From assembly GCA_030390025.1 (NCBI GenBank), contig CM059433.1, positions 11,162,001 to 11,226,000 of the forward strand: a stretch of 64,000 nt of DNA, written 5' to 3'. The translations under genes were made by a program, and so were the position numbers. Positions 8,284 through 19,749 of the stretch are shown here, piece after piece. Under the pieces are notes generated by a model that saw only the letters and a list, made by a program, of their open reading frames with translations, searched no databases and was not told where the DNA came from. Position 1 is the stretch's first letter. Every line of letters starts with the position of its first letter. The stretch comes from Squalus acanthias. Its lineage: Eukaryota.

Positions 8284-10545
8284 ATCTGTGGTGGGTAAAA
8301 TTTTGGAGTCTATTATTAAGGAGACAGTAACGGAACATTTAGATAAACATAATTTAATAGGACAAAGTCAGCATGGCTTTATGAAGGGGAAGTCATGTCT
8401 GACAAATTTGCTTGAGTTCTTTGAGGACATAACATACAGGGTGGATAAAGGGGAACCAGTGGACGTAGTGTATTTAGACTTTCAGAAGGCATTCGACAAG
8501 GTGCTACATAAAAGATTATTGCTCAAGATAAAAAATCACTGGATTGGGGGTAATATTCTGGCATGGGTGGAGGATTGGTTATCTAACAGGAAGCAGAGAG
8601 TTGGGATAAATGGTTCATTCTCGGACTGGCAACCAGTAGCCAGTGGTGTTCCGCAGGGGTCGGTGCTGGGTACTCAACTCTTAACAATCTATATTAACGA
8701 TTTGGAGGAGGGGACCGAGTGTAACATATCAAAGTTTGCAGATGATACAAAGATGGGAGGGAAAGTAGAAAGTGAGGAGGACATAAAAAACCTACAAGGG
8801 GATATAGACAGGCTGGGTGAGTGGGCGGAGATTTGGCAGATGCAATACAATATTGGAAAATGTGAGGTTATGCACTTTGGCAGGAAAAATCAGAGAGCAA
8901 GTTATTGGCCCGAAAATTAGACCTAATGCGGGAGAGTACGCACTGTGTACTCTCGCGTATTAGGTCCCGAAGTGCCGGTTTCCTGCATGCATTGCGCATG
9001 CGCGGGAAACCGGCACTTCGGGTATTGCAAAGGGGGCGGTTCCTAGGTGAACCGCGTGTGCACTACAGGTTGCGCGCACGCAGCACACTTAGTTTTTTTT
9101 TCAGGTTTGAACGCGCAGGTAAGTGTTGAAAATTTTACACATAAAGAAAGCAGGCGTAAGACCCCCTTTTAACAAGGTAAGTAGTTAATTAAGTATTATT
9201 TTAAATTTTTTTCAACAGGTTTATCTTTTTTAGAGACTTTAAAGAAAGGTAAGTTTATTTTTATAACTTTTAAAAAGAATTTACATTTTTTCAAAAATTT
9301 TAATTTTTGTTTAAAGTGGTTAATTTATTTAACTATAGTTATTTTATTAATGTGATGGCTTTTTTTTAAATTTAATTGAGGTTTAGCTGTTCTTTTGGGG
9401 GCTTGTTGTATTCATAGCTTTGACAGCTCTTGCTGTCAAAACTATGAATGAAAGCTGGTGTGCTGCCATTGGCTCTAACTGGCCCACGTGATCCCAGAGG
9501 TAGCATCGAACTAACTGCGCCTCTGGGACATGCACACACTGCGCGCCGGCACCAGGGAGAGGCCCAGGAACTGAAGTTCGTGTGGGCCAAAACCATAAAG
9601 GTAGGCGCGGAGTGCGATATCGCGGGGGATACTTACCCCCGCGGCAACCATCGAACTCCAATTTCTGGGCCATTATCTTAATGGCGAGAAACTGGAAAGT
9701 ACTGCAGTACAAAGGGATCTGGGGTTCCTAGTGCAAGAAAATCTAAAAGTTAGTATGCAGGTGCAGCAGGTGATCAAGAAGGCCAACGGAATGTTGGCTT
9801 TTATTGCTAGGGGGATAGATTATAAAAACAGGGAGGTATTGCTGCAGTTATATAAGGTATTGGTGAGACCGCACCTGGAATACTGCATGCAGTTTTGGTG
9901 TCCATACTTAAGAAAAGACATACTTGCTCTCGAGGCAGTACAAAGAAGGTTCACTTGGTTAATCCCGGGGATGAGGGGGTGGACATATGAGGAGAGGTTG
10001 AGTAGATTGGGACTCTACTCATTGGAGTTCAGAAGAATGAGAGGCGATCTTATTGAAACATATAAGATTGTGAAGGGGCTTGATCGGGTGGATGCGGTAA
10101 GGATGTTCCCAAGGATGGGTGAAACTAGAACTAGGGGGCATAATCTTAGAATAAGGGGCTGCTCTTTCAAAACTGAGATGAGGAGAAACTTCTTCACTCA
10201 GAAGGTAGTAGGTCTATGGAATTTGCTGCCCCAGGAAGCTGTGGAAGCTACATCATTAAATAAATTTAAAACAGAAATAGACAGTTTCCTAGAAGTAAAG
10301 GGAATTAGGGGTTACGGGGAGCGGGCAGGAAATTGGACATGAGGCTGAGTTCGGATCGGTCAAGGCCCTGTGGGTGGCGGAGCGGGCTCAGGGGCTGAGT
10401 GGCCGGGTCCTGCTCCTACTTCTTGTGTTCTTTAGATTTGAGGTTAGGATCAGATCAGCCATGATCTTATTGAATGGTGGAGCAGGCTCGAGGGGCCGAT
10501 TGGCCTACTCCTGCTCCTATTTCTTATGTTCTTATGTTCTTATGT
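8284..10545 (+). mobile_element. 5'-truncated CR1 LINE (ORF2 RT), split by a MITE
   Basis: QHGFMKGKSCLTNL..YLDFQKAFDKV..GVPQGSVLG..KFADDTK, then RPHLEYC..RGDLIETYK; (ttcttatg)n tail. Confidence 0.95.
8907..9671 (+). mobile_element. Non-autonomous PIF/Harbinger-type MITE (family M1)
   Basis: TIRs ggcccgaaaatt / aatttctgggcc, 3-bp TSD ATT. Removing it restores the CR1 frame RASYYLNGE. Confidence 0.9.
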
Positions 10546-10838
10546 CATGCCGGCAATTCTCAATGAAAAGATCTAGAGAGGGTAAGAGGCCAGAGGGAGG
10601 AGTCCAGGTTGAAGGAGAATTCTGAAAACAGGAGAAAGGGTCTGCTGTGTGGGGGAAAGGCTCCTGGCCAAAGAAGTGGGTATGGAGACCTTCCCCTCCC
10701 TCCCAGAACCACAATGGGTTTCCCCTTGTCCTCACCTTTCACCCCACCAGCCTCTACATTCAACGGATCATCCTCTACCATTTCCGCCACCTCCAGCGTG
10801 ATCCACCACCAAACAAATATTCCCCTCCCCTCCCCTTT
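10546..10838. mobile_element. Penelope family A body with inversion junction at ~10689 (minus strand 10546-10689, plus strand 10689-10838)
   Basis: Minus reads STWTPPSGLLPSLDLFIENCRHDI, which continues into 8283. Plus reads FPLVLTFHPTSLYIQRIILYHFRHLQRD. Confidence 0.8.
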
Positions 10839-11775
10839 CATAGGATTACATAGGATATACGGCACAGAAACAGGCCATTTGGCCCAACCAGTCCATGCCG
10901 ACATTTATGCTCCACTCGAGCCTCCTCCCGTCTTTCCTCATCTAAATCTATCAGCGTAACCCTCTATTCCCTTCTCCCTCATATGCTTGTCTAGCCTCCC
11001 CTTAAATGCATCTATACTATTCGCTTCAACCACTCTCTGTGGTAGCGCGTTCCACATTCTCACCACTCTCTGGGTAAAGAAGTTTCTTCTGAATTCCCTA
11101 TTGGATTTCTTGGTGACTATCCTATATTGATGGCCTTTAGTTATGCTCTTCCCCACAAGTGGAAACACTCCCTCTGTATCCACTCTATCAAAACCTTTCA
11201 TAATTTTAAAGACCTCTATTAGGTCACCCCTCAGCCTCCTTTTTTCAAGAGAAAAGAGACCCAGCCTGTTCATCCTTTCCTGATATGTATACCCTCGCAT
11301 TTCTGGTATCATCCTTGTAAATCTTCTCTGCACCAGGGCCTCTATATCCTTTTTATAATATGGCGACCAGAATTGTACACAGTACTCCAAGTGTGCATAA
11401 CTTCCCTACTTTTCATTCTATCCCTCTTGGTTTGCTTTTTTATGGCCTTGTTAACCTGTGTCGCTACTTTTAGTGATTTGTGTATTTGTATTCCGAGATC
11501 CCTTTGTTCCTCTACCCCCACCCAGACTCGCACCTTCCAACTAATAAGTGGCCTCCTTATTCTCCCTACCAAAATGTAATACCTCATATTTATCTGTGTT
11601 GAAATTCATTTGCCAATTATATGCCCATTCTGCAAGTTTATTAATGTTCTCCTGTAATTTGTTGCAGTCCTCCTCAGTATTGACTATTCCCCCAATTTGG
11701 CGTCAACCACAAATTTAGAAATTGTGTTTTTGATTCCACGGTCTAAATCGCTAATATAAATTGTGAACAACAGCA
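10839..11775 (-). mobile_element. CR1 LINE 3' fragment
   Basis: [32 protein letters not shown]; tail at 10839. Confidence 0.9.
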
Positions 11776-11782
11776 TTTTGTT

Positions 11783-12231
11783 TTTCGGCATTCCGAAGGG
11801 ACCTCATCTTTCAATTAGGCATTTTACAGCCTTCTGGACTCAACATCAAGTTCAACAATTTCAGACCATAACCTCTGCCCCTATTTTTTCACATGGCAGC
11901 TGTTGATCATTCTGCCATTCCCATTTACACCTCTTCTAGACTCATCTTTTGTTTCTTTACTTGTGCCATTACCATCTGCTTTTGCTTTGTACTATCATCC
12001 CTTTTGTCATTTAATCTCTCCTGCCTTCCAACCTATCACAGACCTTCCCTTTTGTTCTTTCCTCCCTTCCTCCCTTTCCCTGCCTCTGCACCTGCTTAAA
12101 ATCTGTTACATCTCTAACTTTTTTCCAGTTTTGACAAAAAGTCATCAACCTTAAACGTTAACTCTGTTTCTCTCTCCACAGATGCTGCCTGACTTGCTGA
12201 GTATTTCCAGCATTTTCTGTTTCTATTTCAG
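11783..12231 (+). mobile_element. Inverted Penelope family A pLTR with decayed hammerhead (~12127-12163)
   Basis: Reverse complement of ~1965-2395. Shares the CCTTAAACG variant. Confidence 0.9.
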
Positions 12232-12755
12232 TTTTACTAGGGTTGAATGCTGCCTTGATGTCAAGGGCAGTCACTCTCACCTGACCTCTGGAATTCAGCT
12301 CTTTTGTCCATGTTTGGACCAAGGATGTAATGAGATCTGAAGCCGAGTGGTCCTGGCGGAACCCAAACTGAGCATCAGTGAGCACGGTTATTGGTGAGTA
12401 AGTGCCGCTTGATGGCACTGTCGATGACACCTTCCATCGAGAGTAGACTGATGGGGCGGTAAGTGGTCGGATTGGATTTGTCCTGCTTTTGTGGACAGGA
12501 CATACCTGGGTAGATGCCAGTATTGTATCTGTACTGGAACAGCTTGTCTAGAGCCACAGCTAGTTCTGGAGCACAGGTCTTCAGCACAACAGCCGGGATG
12601 ATGTCAGGGCCCACAGCCTTTGCTCTATCCAGTGTGCTCGGCCATTGCTTGATATCAGGTGGAGTGAACTGAATTGACTGAAGACTGGCTTCTGTGATGC
12701 TGGGGAACTCAGAAGGAGGCCGAGATGTTTCATCCACTCAGAACTTCTGGCTGAC
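12227..12755 (-). mobile_element. CR1-group LINE, upstream continuation of 778-1735
   Basis: GPDIIPAVVLK..YRPISLLS; DAQFGFRQDHS..ALDIKAAF. Joins position 1735 via TTCAGTTTTAC. Confidence 0.85.
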
Positions 12756-12999
12756 TTAACTTAAGCCTGTAGAAAAGATCGGTAATTTTGCTGCATGACT
12801 CGTCACACTTGGAAGTGGCTGAGTTCACAGGCTTTGACCATCCACAAACTTTGTCTTAAATATCAGCATTGAATGGAATCTCAGCTGTGCTGCTAAGAAA
12901 GGATTCTGCAAACTGCCTTTCAGTAATTTCTGGCAGGGAAATATTTTTCTTTCCTGCCTTTCTGTCATGGAGACTTCACTATGGCCATTTAACGATATA

Positions 13000-13135
13000 A
13001 AGAAAGAAAGACTTGCATTTATATCGCGCCTTTCACAACCACCGGACGTCTCAAAGTGCTTTACAGTCAATGAAATAATTTTTGAAGTGGAGTCAGTGTT
13101 GTAATGTGGGAAACGAAGCAGCCAATTTGCGCACA
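13000..13135 (-). mobile_element. Deu-SINE 3' tail fragment
   Basis: aaagaaagacttgcatttatatcgcgcctttcac matches the full copies elsewhere. Confidence 0.8.
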
Positions 13136-14769
13136 TCTCAGGGTTTTTGGGACCTAGGTGGACACTTCAGCAAGATGTGTCACCACTGCAGGCATGTGGG
13201 CATCCTGGTCCTGTATCCGGTCACCAACATCAGCAGGTATCTGAGGGGGCTTGGTGGAAAAGTGACCTGAGCTGTCAGCAGGAGAACGGACTGAAGCCAC
13301 ACCACTTGTGCTGGGTCCTGGATCTGAGTGCCCACTGATCGGATAGAGGGTAGACCTGATGGTATTAGCTAGATTCTGCAGATCTAGGCATCTTGGAAGT
13401 CGATTGCTATTATTCTCTCCAAACAGCCCGCCAAGGTCTGAAAGGCAGTGGTCAAAGCATCTATAATGGATATACTGACTGATCTGAAGGCCTCTCTGCA
13501 AGGGGAGGAGGGATACAGATATTCCTGTGGCCAGGTAGTGCTGCATTGTGTTCTTGGATAATGGCATTGAGGACGACACTGTACTCCACTATGACCCCTG
13601 CCTTCTATCTCAGGTCATGCCAGATGCTGCTAAGTAACTCCATGTGAGCGTGACACGCATCCAGCATCCTTTTTGTTTTAGGCCAGGGCTCTAGCGATCT
13701 GAGTCCACAGGCTCTGGCACCAGAAGCTGACTTCTGCGGAGCCTGTATTTCCCACAAATCACAGGTGAAGCAGGAGGGGTGAAGGGGTCAATGATTCAGC
13801 GTTCGCTTTAGAGCACAGAGAGAGGCCAATGAATGAAGCAGTGACCCCCCCCCCCCCCAATTAGTAAATGCTTTTTCATGAAGGAACTGTCCTGAACAAA
13901 TTGTCTGCATTCCCTTTTTTGTTGTTCAATCATGTGATTACTCTTCTGCACTGCCAGCCAAGGTTTTATGATGGGCTGGATGTGAATTGATTTGCAGCTT
14001 TTCACGTAAAGCACAGTGGGCTAGTCATGTGTTCTACTTGGATAAGAACTTGACCAACCTCCTTGTGTTTGTAAGTCAGGCTGTACAACTTCTTAATAGA
14101 ACCGTTACACTATAAAGGGTGTTCGGCTGACTGGGCTCTTGAAAATATTAACCATGCAGACAAAACAAGTCTTCTGTTTGGTTGCGAGCTGAATAAATCT
14201 TGGGCGCACCTCATGCAAGTAGTAAGAAGAAATGGTATGGAGTAGATTACAGCTTCATTATGGTTTACACAACTGCTACCTGCAAACTACGGGCTGATTG
14301 AAGGAAAAGCTACCAAAGCCAAGGTGCATCTTTGGGACCATTTCACGAGAGATTGATTGCTATGATTAGTCAACAACTTCATTAGCATTGCATTGTGTGA
14401 CTACCAGGATGGTAATAGGCGAATTAGATGGACCTGGTTTTTTTTTGTGTCTAACAATTCCTACATTCCTAAGGCTGGATACGATCAGTATAATCCACAA
14501 ATGGCTGAAACATTTATGCATTGCAGTCTGTTTTCAGAAGTAAACGGTGTTACCGATTTCAGATAACATGATAGTGGAGGAGAGAGTGAGTGGGAGAGAA
14601 AGCAGGGCGTGCAGTCTGACTCAGTCTGTTCTGTAATCCTTTTACTTTACAATATTGGATCTGAGTGTTTTGCACCTCACATGGTGCCTGATCTGGAGAC
14701 AATGGTGGTGGGTCCATCAACAGCTTTGTAGTGAATGCAAGAAGCGAGTCATGTAGCAGTATTGGGTTT

Positions 14770-15230
14770 ATGGAGGTAAATAGACTGTATAAACCTCAAG
14801 CAAGCAGTTAATTTTGTATGTCTGGGATGCCTCGAGTGAGATAGCAAGTAAGACTATCAAGGGCTTCTACCAACATGTCAGAATCACATTTATATTTGGA
14901 GCAAAAAATATCTGAGAGAACCGTGTGTGCTAATTAAAGCAGTTGAATCCTACGGCTCCATTGATGCTTCTACCTACATCCAGGTAGACAGGAATCGACA
15001 GACTAAGGAGATATTTTCAGATGATGAGGTTTTTTTGGCATTTTCAGTGACCACCAACGGATGATTCTTACCGTGCAGGCAACAGTTACGCCCACAGGAT
15101 TAGAATGAACCTCCCGCAACAATTCCATTGTGTGAGGCAAAGGAAGCACCTGAGGCTTTGCTCAAGTATTTTGAACAACACAGGGAGTTTGATGTTTAAG
15201 ACTTGGATGAAGTTCAGCTGCTGAATTTTT
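14770..15230 (+). pseudogene. Possible pogo/Tigger transposase C-terminal relic
   Basis: Stop-interrupted frame INLKQAVNF...YIQVDRNRQTKEIFSDDEV...IPLCEAKEAPEALLKYFEQ resembles TIGD/Jerky C-termini. Recognised by eye only. Confidence 0.45.
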
Positions 15231-15521
15231 TTTTTAAAGAATCTGTTTCAGGTTGCCTGGTTTCTGCAAGAAACAACTATGACATTTTTAAACTAATAGC
15301 AGGTACTATACCAACATCTTTAAAATATGGAACATCAGTGGATGGTCAATGTAAATCAAATGTAAAAATGTAATATTCATTAATGGTAGGGCACATTTTC
15401 TGTCTATTAACTACAGTAAAGTAAAATGATACTGTAAAAAAATGCTTGTTACTATACACATGGAATTGGAATTGAATACACTTGTGAATATGTACTATAA
15501 GGACATGTTTATTTCATTATC

Positions 15522-15969
15522 GAAAAGAATGAAAGACTTGCATTTATATAATCGCCTTGCATGACCTCAAGATGCCCCAAAACATTTTACAGTCAATGAA
15601 GTACTTTTTGAAGTGGAGTCACTGTTGTAATGTAGGAAACGCGGCAGCCAATTGCACACAAAAAGCTCCCACAAACAGCAACATGTTAATGATCAGATAA
15701 TCTGTTTTTTGTTATGTTGATTGAGGGATAAATATTGGCCAGGACATCGGGGATAACTCCCCTGCTCTTCTTCGAAATAGTGCCACGGAATCATTTACGT
15801 CCACCTGAGAGAGCAGTTTAATGTCTCATCCGAAAGACGGCACCTCCGACAGTGCAGCGCTCCCTCAGCATTGCCCTGGAGTGTCAGCCTAGCTTTATGT
15901 GCCCAAGTCTCTGGAGTGGGACTTGAACCCACAACCTTCTGACTCAGAGGCAAGCGTGCTACCAACTGA
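15522..15969 (-). mobile_element. tRNA-derived Deu-domain SINE (SacSINE1-like)
   Basis: tRNA head tcagttggtagc...gggttcaagtcc, core gatgagac..ggacgtaaa..gtcctggccaatatt, L2-like tail. Confidence 0.9.
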
Positions 15970-16127
15970 ATCTTTCTCTCTCTGTCTTCATCTGCCTTTC
16001 TCTCTGTCTTTTTGTTCTTGTCTTCTTTCCTTTCAGGTTGGTGATACCAAATACACCAAACGGATGTCACCAAATACAATGTTGAAATGTGACAATTGGA
16101 AGTTCAATATTGTACAAGAGACTATTA

Positions 16128-16482
16128 CAGGAAACTCTCGTTTAAACGGCACCTAAATATCCGAAATTCTCTAATAACCGGCAGAATTCATACTCCGAAA
16201 ACTACAGTATACAGTCGTTTATAAGTTTTGTTTTACTGTTAAGTAATTAAAGAGTTATGGATTACCCTCAACTGGCAGTACTGTACTTAATCAAGTATCT
16301 TCCACCATCCATTTAACACAACATTCTGTAGGGGAGTACCCAATTATACTGCACATTTCTTGATTTTTTAATTTTTGTTTGTTAAAAATAGCCTCGGTAG
16401 ATAACCCTCTCCGTCATCCGAAATTTTCAATCAACCGGCACCATCCCGGTCCCGTCGGTGCCGGATACCAAAGAGTTTCCTG
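16128..16482. mobile_element. Tc1/mariner-pogo (Tigger-like) MITE
   Basis: TIR CAGGAAACTCT, TA TSD on both sides. Ends shared with 44640-44969. Confidence 0.85.
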
Positions 16483-16619
16483 TACCATAGCTGAGTGACA
16501 TAATGGTAACAATCAAGTTGCATTGAGTTACACAATGACTTGATATATATTGATACAGTGGAGCCACTGGCTGTCTGAACCCATGGAGGTTGGGGGGGGG
16601 GGGCGGGTGGGTGGGGGGG

Positions 16620-16724
16620 GAAAGTGGAGTTGATGTAAAAGTTCAGCCATGATCTTATTGAATGGTGGAGCAGGCTCGAGGGTCCGTATGGCCTACTCCT
16701 GCACCTATTTCTTATGTTCTTATG
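16620..16724 (+). mobile_element. CR1 3' tail fragment
   Basis: cagccatgatcttattgaatgg..ggcctactcctgc..ttcttatgttcttatg. Confidence 0.8.
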
Positions 16725-17109
16725 GCTGACATTAGCTGAGCACCTCTCTGCTGACTGCCCAATTTGAAATGGCAGATCTTCATCCATGTTAATCCTGGGG
16801 GAATGGAACATTTTCCAACTTCTGTATTTCCAGTTCAGATTAAGCACAGCCTCAGGATTTGAATACATGTTGTAGATCCAAGTCCCATTCCCCTGGTTGT
16901 TGTAATGTGCAGGAGCTCCAGTCCAAAGTTCCAAATTAGAGGTCCAAATCTAGGGCTCAGATTGACCCCGAACAGAGTCATAAGGTGAAATAGAAGAGAG
17001 GTGTAAAAAGAAAATCGCATGAAAAAGGGAAGCTCAATTGTACCATGTTTAACTTACCAAGGTCCCCCTCCCCCTCTCCTGGAGGAATAGGCAGAAATCC
17101 TGAAAGAAA

Positions 17110-17455
17110 ACTGGCACCTTACTTTAGAAAAGATGTCAAGGCCAGTGACAGGATGGAGAAGAGATTCAATAAAATGATAACAGGGATTAAAGGCTTTAGT
17201 TATGAAGATAGACTAGGTAAACTGGCACAAAGAAGGTTAAGAGGAGATCTGCTAGGGGTGTTCAAAATGATGAAGAGTTTTGATAAGGTTAATAGGGAAA
17301 AACCAGTTCCACTGGTCATTGAGTCATTAACTAGAGGGCATAAATTTATGATTATCACAAAAAGAATGAGGGGAGAGGTTAGGAGAAAATGTTTTATTGC
17401 TTAGGACACGGAATGTCCCACCAGAAACAATAATAGAAATAGAATCCATAATAAT
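17110..17455 (+). mobile_element. Old CR1 ORF2 C-terminal fragment
   Basis: APYFRKDV..RRLRGDL..TRGHKF. Confidence 0.8.
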
Positions 17456-18215
17456 GGGCCAAAAATTCGGCCCTTCCCGCATGAGTACACAGTGCGTACT
17501 CACCCGTAAGACGTCCCGAAGTGCCGGTTTCCTGCATGCACTGCGCATGCGCGGGAAACCGGAACTTCCGGTCTGGTGAAGGGGGTGGTTCCTAGGTGAA
17601 CCACGTGCGCGGTAGAGGCTGCGCGCACGCAGCACACTTAGATTTTTTTTCAGGTTTCTACGTGAGGGTAAGTATTGAAGAAACTACGCTGTTAAAAAGG
17701 AGGCTCAAGACCCGTTTTCAACAAGGTAAGTAGTTAATTAAGTATAATTTTAAAAAATTTTCAACAGCTTTATCTTTTTTAGATACTTTAAAGAAAGGTA
17801 AGTTTATTTTTATCACTTTTAAAAAGTATTTTAATTTTTTCAAAAATTTAAATTTTTCTTTAAAGTGGTTAATTTATTTAACTATAGTTATTTTATAAAT
17901 GTGTTTTTTTTTTAATTTATTTTAAGTTTAGCTGTTCTTTTGGGGCCGATTTCAATTCACAGTTTTGACAGGTCTCCTGTCAAATCTATGAATGAAAGAT
18001 GGTCTGCTGCCATTGGCTCTCCATGGCCCATGTGATCCCAGGGGTCGCATCGCACTAACTGCGCCCCTGGAACACGCAAGCACTGCGCGCCGGCTCTTGG
18101 GAGAGGCCCGGGACCCGAAGTTCCCGTGGGCCCAAAACACAACGGCAGGCGCGGTGGGTAAGAGCGCGTGCGATCCTTACCCCCGCGGCAAGCCGGAGAG
18201 GCGAATTTCTGGGCC
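17456..18215 (+). mobile_element. Harbinger-type MITE family M1, copy 2
   Basis: Colinear with 8907-9671; TIRs gggccaaaaatt / aatttctgggcc. Confidence 0.9.
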
Positions 18216-18944
18216 ATAAGCTTCTTTAGGGGAGGGGGATAAATATGCAAAAAAGAAGAATTTAAAAGGGAGAGGGACGAAGGCAGGGGAACGGGTCTAA
18301 GAATATTCGAGAGGATTATGAGAGAGAGCACGCGCAGATTGTGGGAGATAGTGGGTCTGATTTTTCACATCTGGCGCTGGCCGGGAGCATTTTGAGCAGC
18401 GCGCGCCTGAAGTTTGATCTGCCAGGACATTCACCTCGGTGACTGAGCTTCCCTTTTTGAACCTCATTAGAAACGTACGGGTGCACACTGGGCACTATTA
18501 GGCACAGGCCCGCAGTGAACAAGTAGTCGAAGACCTTAAAGGTGGCAGCATTAAAAGGGCTGGTGTCGGAGGAGCCCCAGAACCAGAACCTGCTATATTA
18601 TTTCCTATTTTGTGGAATTCTGGCATTGAAGTCATGTTTTAAAGTGATCTTCTCACCTGTTTGAAAGTTTTTCAACGCTGGCTTTCTAGTAAAGCAAAAG
18701 TGATGGAAGCATTTTGCTTACAAATGACAGATTTCACAATTGATTTGGCAAAGTTAAACTTGCAGATACTGCAGCAGAAGACTTTCTTACATGTCTCTAA
18801 TTGCATCATCAGTACTGAGAGATGCTGCTGTTAAACGATGAAAAAAGTCTTCAATAAGGAAAGATTTTGCAGGTGTTCCAACATTTTAAGCCAGCTAGAA
18901 TCCATTGATGCCTGACAAAGCTTTGATTTCCTCTTCTCTTCTCA

Positions 18945-19055
18945 TAGAAAGAAAGACTTGCATTTATATAGCACCATCCACACCCCCAGGACGTCTGAAA
19001 GCGCTTTGCAGCCAATTAAATACTTTTGAAGTGTAGCCACTGTTGTAATGTGGGA
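18945..19055 (-). mobile_element. Deu-SINE 3' tail fragment
   Basis: agaaagaaagacttgcatttatatagc..tgttgtaatgtggg. Confidence 0.75.
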
Positions 19056-19749
19056 TTGGAATGTACCATTCCCCTTTGAGCGTGTTCTTTCTCCTCCAAC
19101 TTGGCATGTCCATAGAGCAATATGCACATCAAATTCAGTGTGTGGGGCACACATTTAATTGAAAACTCAACAATTGCGGTACCCCAAACAGGGGTCGGGG
19201 CGTCCCTGTCGGGAACCTAGGAAGGAGTGCGTGAAAGGGAAGCACCTTAGTTTCAAGTGATAGACTTAGTCATATTTGTTCAATGAAGCACTGCTGATAA
19301 TCTCTTACTGTGGTATCTGTGCACTCGGAATGTGGAGGAGCAGGGAAAACAAATATGAGCATGAAGAATGATGGTGTGGGAGTAGGGAGAGAACACTGTG
19401 TGAGGTTTCTTTTTATTTAAGGTGGGATAAAGCAGTTGTATGGTCAGGGGGATGGAGGATTTCCCCTCTGTGATAGGGAAACAGTTGTTAGTGGCTCAGA
19501 AGAAGCCCAGGCAAATAACCTCAGCAGCTATCAAGGGGGCATGTGTTTGTCTCCCCTTGTCTGTCGTCAAATAAACTATATCGCCAAAGGAGGGGGAGGA
19601 GCATTGTACCAAACACAGCCTCCATCGCCAAGTGTAAAGAACTAACAACATTTTGCCACACACTCCTGAAGTAACAAAACTATTTTTTTTATTCAAAAAG
19701 TCTAAACTAAAGACCTATTTTGACAATACCAGCATGTTCCTGAAGCCTG

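Noticed and set aside
13140..13780. 141-aa minus-strand ORF (13154-13579)
   Set aside because: Only a vague resemblance to low-complexity Harbinger Myb-gene tails; not enough to call.
16038..16127. Strong polypyrimidine tract plus AG as an exon start
   Set aside because: No donor or recognisable peptide follows; the tract abuts a SINE end and runs into a MITE.
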